Below, in pieces: positions 59,783-64,000 of a stretch of DNA of 64,000 nt. The notes under the pieces are model-generated. The model saw nothing but the letters and a program-made list of their open reading frames with translations. It had not been told where the DNA came from and ran no database searches. The stretch is from Terriglobia bacterium. GTDB taxonomy: Bacteria; Acidobacteriota; Terriglobia; Acidiferrales; UBA7541. Position 1 is the first letter of the stretch; every line of letters begins with the position of its first letter. The stretch spans positions 2,400,001-2,464,000 of the forward strand of contig OY968796.1 in the NCBI GenBank assembly GCA_963695545.1. The letters run 5' to 3'. The position numbers and the translations under genes were made by a program.

Positions 59783-61140
59783 GCCGAGTCGCCGTACTGG
59801 GATCAGGCATTTCCGGTATGGCGACGGCTTATTTCCTCAGCCGGCGGCACGAAGTCGTTCTATTTGAGAAAGACGATCGTCTCGGCGGCCACACACACAC
59901 GCACGAAATCGAGACTCCCGCAGGCCCGCTGCAAATCGACACTGGATTTTTGGTTCACAACGATCGCACCTATCCGAATTTCGTCCGGCTGCTGGCCGAA
60001 CTGGGCGTGCAGCGGCAATTAAGCGACATGTCGTTCGGCGTCTCGCATCCCGAGGCCGGCTTCGAGTACAGCAGCCGCGATTTGCGCGGCTTCTTCGCTC
60101 AGCGCCGCAACATTTTCGCTCTGCGGCACTATCATTTCTTCCTAGAAATTTTGAGATTCAATCGCCAGGCCCGCGCGCTGCTCGCCGATCCCGATGGCGC
60201 CGAGTATTCGCTCGCCGAATATCTCGATCGCAATCGTTTCAGCCGCGATTTCACGCGCTATTACCTCTATCCGATGGCGTCGGCTGTGTGGTCCACGTCG
60301 CTCGAACAAATCGCCGATTTTCCCGCGCTCACGCTGATTCGTTTCTTCGACAATCATGATTTCCTGCGCATCACCACGCAATTCCCGTGGTACACGATCT
60401 CGGGCGGTAGCAGCAGTTATATCGCGCCGCTGACGGCGTCCTATCGAGATCGCGTTCGCCTCGGAGTGACGATCACGGGCGTCGCGCGCACTTCGCGCGG
60501 CGTTCGCATCTACGCTGCGGGCTGCGAACCCGAACACTTCGATGAAGTCGTTTTCGCTTGCCACGCCCCGCAGGCGCTGGGCCTGCTGCGCGATGCGTCG
60601 GGAGCCGAGCGCGAAATCCTCTCGAAATTCAAAACCAATCGCAACACCGCCGTGCTGCACACCGATTCCAATCTATTGCCGCGCAATCCCGATGCGCGCG
60701 CTTCCTGGAATTATCATCTCGGCCAGGATCCCGCCGCCGTCACGCTGACCTATCACCTGAATCGCCTGCAGAAATTGCGCTCCACGGAAGATTATTGCGT
60801 CACGCTCAATCGCACCGAAGCGGTTCGCCCCGAAAAAATCCTGCGCCATTTAATTTACGATCACCCGCTTTTCACACAGGATGCCATTCGCGCGCAATCT
60901 CGCTGGTCGGAAATCAGTGGCCGGTATCACACGCATTTTTGCGGCGCGTACTGGTTTTGCGGCTTTCATGAAGATGGCTTAAACTCCGCGCTGCGCGTGG
61001 CCCGAAGCCTCGAAGCGCGCGCGGGCGAAAGGGAACGAGATGCATTCCTCGATCTACGTGGGAACGTTGCGCCACCGCCGCTTTACGCCGGCGCGCCACG
61101 ATTTCACGTACCCGCTCTTCATGGTGTTCCTGGAGATTGA
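59779..61140 (+). CDS. FAD-dependent oxidoreductase (UfaD-like amine oxidase family)
   Basis: GSGISG, RLGGHT, DTGFLVHN..TYPN, RASWNY and GFHEDG motifs; ATGA overlap with the desaturase. Confidence 0.9.
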   Translation: MSRVAVLGSGISGMATAYFLSRRHEVVLFEKDDRLGGHTHTHEIETPAGPLQIDTGFLVHNDRTYPNFVRLLAELGVQRQLSDMSFGVSHPEAGFEYSSRDLRGFFAQRRNIFALRHYHFFLEILRFNRQARALLADPDGAEYSLAEYLDRNRFSRDFTRYYLYPMASAVWSTSLEQIADFPALTLIRFFDNHDFLRITTQFPWYTISGGSSSYIAPLTASYRDRVRLGVTITGVARTSRGVRIYAAGCEPEHFDEVVFACHAPQALGLLRDASGAEREILSKFKTNRNTAVLHTDSNLLPRNPDARASWNYHLGQDPAAVTLTYHLNRLQKLRSTEDYCVTLNRTEAVRPEKILRHLIYDHPLFTQDAIRAQSRWSEISGRYHTHFCGAYWFCGFHEDGLNSALRVARSLEARAGERERDAFLDLRGNVAPPPLYAGAPRFHVPALHGVPGD

Positions 61141-61930
61141 CCGGCTGCAGGAACTGATGCGGATTTCGCCGCTCGCATCCTACAACCGGTGCAATCTAGT
61201 TTCTTTCGACGAGCGCGAGCATTTCGGCGACCCGCGGCAATCGCTGCGCTCGCGCCTGGCCGCTGACGCAGAAAGCAACGGCGTGACGCTGGCTCCCGGG
61301 CCGATTTATCTGCTCACGCATTTGCGCTTCTTCAATTACAGTTTTAATCCCGTCTCATTCTTCTACGTTTCAGACGGCGCAGGCGGAATGCGCCAGATTC
61401 TCGCCGAAGTGAACAACACCTTCGGCGAAACGCACAATTATTGGCTGGGCCCCGAGCAAGAGCGTCCGGAGCGCGGCGATCATTCGGCAAGCGCGAACAA
61501 GCACTACACATTCGAGAAGCGCTTTCACGTTTCCCCGTTCCTCGGCATGAGCCAGGAATACGCCTGGACCTTCACGCCGCCCGAAGATCGCCTGCAAATT
61601 CATTGCATCAATTATCAGGAGGGCCGCGAAGTTTTCGACGCCACACTCACACTCGATCGCCGCGAATGGAATCGCCGCGAATTGCATCGCGCGCTTCGCC
61701 AATTTCCCTGGATGACGGCGAAAGTTGTGGCCGCGATTCACTGGCAAGCCATGAAATTGAAATTCAAGGGCGTGCCCGTGGTGCCGCATCCGGGCGCAGG
61801 TGATTTTCGTCCGCGGCACACGCGTCACTGGGGAGTTTCCTGGAAGCCGGAAGCGCACGCGCCGAATCCCGCCGATTCCGCCGCGTTGAATTCGGTGCCG
61901 CTTGAATCGACGCCGGGTAGAACAAAATGA
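61040..61930 (+). CDS. DUF1365 protein (UfaO-like)
   Basis: HRRF.P..H.F.Y, FNPVSF, AEVNNT, KRFHVSPF and IHWQA motifs. Confidence 0.92.
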   Translation: MHSSIYVGTLRHRRFTPARHDFTYPLFMVFLEIDRLQELMRISPLASYNRCNLVSFDEREHFGDPRQSLRSRLAADAESNGVTLAPGPIYLLTHLRFFNYSFNPVSFFYVSDGAGGMRQILAEVNNTFGETHNYWLGPEQERPERGDHSASANKHYTFEKRFHVSPFLGMSQEYAWTFTPPEDRLQIHCINYQEGREVFDATLTLDRREWNRRELHRALRQFPWMTAKVVAAIHWQAMKLKFKGVPVVPHPGAGDFRPRHTRHWGVSWKPEAHAPNPADSAALNSVPLESTPGRTK

Positions 61931-63201
61931 GCGGCGGCATTTCCAAAGCGCTCGTGCTGCGCGGCCTGAAGCAATGCCGCGAAGGCTCGCTCGATATCGC
62001 GTGCGGCGGCGAACACTTTCGCTTCGGGCGGCAATCCGGCGACGTGCAAGCCACGCTCGCCGTGCATGACGATCGTTTTTTTCGCCGCGTGCTTTGGGGC
62101 GGCGACGTCGGCCTGGGCGATTCCTACGTCGACGGCGAATGGTCTTCGCCCGATCTTGTCAATGTCGTGCGCTTCGCCGTGCGCAACGTCGATCGCATGA
62201 ATCGCGACGGAGGCATGGTCCCCGCGCTCGCCGCGCTGCGCAATCGATTTCGGCATCCGCGCCGCACGAATCATCCGAACGACAGCCGCGAGAACATCGC
62301 ATTTCATTACGATCTGGGGAACGATTTCTATCGCCTTTTTCTCGATCCCGCGCTGATCTATTCGTGCGCCATTTTCGACACGCCGGATGAATCGCTCGAA
62401 TCGGCGCAGCGGCGAAAACTCGCGCGCATCGCGCAGTCGCTCGATTTGCGGCCGCGCGACCACCTTCTTGAAATCGGCACAGGCTGGGGCGGCTTCGCTC
62501 TTTACGCCGCGCAAAATTACGGCTGTCACGTCACCACCACCACGATCAGCCGACGCCAACATGAGTACGCCAAAGAAATGCTGGATCGCGCGGGAGAAGC
62601 CGGTTCGCGCGTGCGCCTGTTGTTCGAGGATTATCGCGATCTGCGCGGTTCCTACGACAAGATTGTAAGTATCGAAATGTTCGAGGCCGTGGGCATCGAG
62701 CACTACGACGATTTCTTTGGCTCCTGCGATCGCGTCCTCGCTCCCGGCGGCGCGATGTTTCTGCAAACCATCACCATGAACGAGCGGCGATTTGCCGCTC
62801 ACGTGCGCCAGCACGATTGGATCGAACGCCGGATTTTTCCCGGCGCTCAATTGGCCTCCATCGCCGCGATCCTTGAATGCCTCTCGCGCGGCACGCGAAT
62901 GCGCGTGCACCAGCTGCATGAAATCGGTCTGCACTATGCGACCACGCTGCGCCATTGGCGCGAACGTTTTCTCGATCGCCTCGACGACGTTCGCGGCATG
63001 GGCTTCGACGACCGATTTATTCGCACCTGGGAATACTATCTTGCGAGTTGCGAAGGCGCATTCGCCGAGGAATACATCGGCGACGCCCAAATCTTGATGC
63101 GAAAAATGGCGTCTTCATCACCGGCGTCGCGCTTGTCTACTTTGGACGGGGCCGAGACGCTCACGGATGCGCTGAAAGCGTCCGAGCGCAATCGCCGATG
63201 A
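61927..63201 (+). CDS. cfa: Cyclopropane-fatty-acyl-phospholipid synthase family methyltransferase
   Basis: NIAFHYDLGNDFY, YSCA, LEIGTGWG, SIEMFEAVG and WEYYLASCE motifs. Confidence 0.92.
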   Translation: MSGGISKALVLRGLKQCREGSLDIACGGEHFRFGRQSGDVQATLAVHDDRFFRRVLWGGDVGLGDSYVDGEWSSPDLVNVVRFAVRNVDRMNRDGGMVPALAALRNRFRHPRRTNHPNDSRENIAFHYDLGNDFYRLFLDPALIYSCAIFDTPDESLESAQRRKLARIAQSLDLRPRDHLLEIGTGWGGFALYAAQNYGCHVTTTTISRRQHEYAKEMLDRAGEAGSRVRLLFEDYRDLRGSYDKIVSIEMFEAVGIEHYDDFFGSCDRVLAPGGAMFLQTITMNERRFAAHVRQHDWIERRIFPGAQLASIAAILECLSRGTRMRVHQLHEIGLHYATTLRHWRERFLDRLDDVRGMGFDDRFIRTWEYYLASCEGAFAEEYIGDAQILMRKMASSSPASRLSTLDGAETLTDALKASERNRR

Positions 63202-63326
63202 TCGTTCTGCGCATCCCACTTTGGTTGGATTCGCGCGGTCTCTTGCCGGAAACGCCGCTTTCGTTTTTTGCGCTTGTATCCGTACGTTGCTCAGGATAAA
63301 ACTCCTTGGGTTACGGAGCCCACCTA

Positions 63327-64000
63327 ATGATCCCTGTCGATCACATCACGCCGTTGCCGTACCTCGCTGCCCAAATGGCGCCCACTACCCAACTAGTCCA
63401 CTTGACGCCGGTGGACGCCATCATTGTCGTTTTTTATTTCGCTTTGGTTTTGGGCATAGGCTTCTATCTGAAGCGATGGGCCAACACCAGCGAGGACTAT
63501 TTCATGGCCGGGCGCGAAATGACCGCCTGGATCGCCGGCCTGAGTTTTCTCTCCGCGAATCTCGGCGCGCTTGAACTGATGGGCTGGGCCGGGGCTGCCT
63601 ATCAATACGGGATCATGGCCATTCACTGGTATTGGATCGGCGCCATTCCCGCCATGATTTTCCTCGGCCTGGTGATGATGCCGTTCTATTACATCTCGAA
63701 GACGCACTCCGTGCCGGGCTACTTGAAACTGCGATTCGGCGAGCCCACGCGAGCGCTCTCCGCCGTTACCTTCGCGGTGATGACCGTGCTGATGAGCGGC
63801 ATCAATATGTTCGCCATGGCGCTGGTAATGAAAGTGGTGCTCGGCTGGAACCTGAACTTCAGCATCTGGGTCTCGGCGATCACTGTGGCGATTTACGTTG
63901 GGCTTGGCGGTCTGCGCTCGGCCATCTTCAACGAAGTGCTGCAATTCATGTTGATTTGGGCCGGCGCGCTGCTGATTCCTATCATGGGCCTGGTCGAAGC
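63327..64000 (+). CDS. Sodium:solute symporter, 3'-truncated by the window edge (not in the ORF track)
   Basis: Manual translation gives YFALVLGIGFYL...EDYFMAGR...LSFLSANLGALE...SVPGYLKLRF; the frame stays open to the end of the window. Confidence 0.9.
   Translation, partial: MIPVDHITPLPYLAAQMAPTTQLVHLTPVDAIIVVFYFALVLGIGFYLKRWANTSEDYFMAGREMTAWIAGLSFLSANLGALELMGWAGAAYQYGIMAIHWYWIGAIPAMIFLGLVMMPFYYISKTHSVPGYLKLRFGEPTRALSAVTFAVMTVLMSGINMFAMALVMKVVLGWNLNFSIWVSAITVAIYVGLGGLRSAIFNEVLQFMLIWAGALLIPIMGLVE

Noticed and set aside
63393..63944. 183-aa minus-strand ORF
   Set aside because: Shadow of the plus-strand sodium:solute symporter.

Overview
GC-rich bacterial DNA whose gene content (Oar-type TonB receptors, CRTAC1/ASPIC-UnbV plus TPR genes, an ADOP-like permease) suggests Acidobacteriota; this assignment is an inference. 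In order, the window holds: a LacI-controlled beta-glucoside utilisation locus (1-13.6 kb); a redox/stress gene patch (13.5-18.4 kb); a tightly coupled minus-strand cluster of Opp/Dpp-type importer, ECF sigma, TPR-CHAT protease, soluble zinc anti-sigma-like protein, secreted subtilase and HD-GYP (18.8-30.8 kb); a sortase with its LPQTA substrate; sugar, PPK2, GSII and ribokinase genes; an accessory tract (44-54 kb) punctuated by 11-6-11 dif-like sites, one interrupted at its centre by an internally deleted IS30-family element; a GH79-like lipoprotein; a divergent furan/cyclopropane fatty-acid modification cluster; and a partial sodium:solute symporter. The two best novel-system candidates are the peptide-import/TPR-CHAT/ECF circuit, whose subtilase carries a synonymously diverged tandem peptide QRTVAVLD, and the dif-like module array. 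No rRNA, tRNA or CRISPR array was seen. All family calls come from motif recognition by eye, not database searches.
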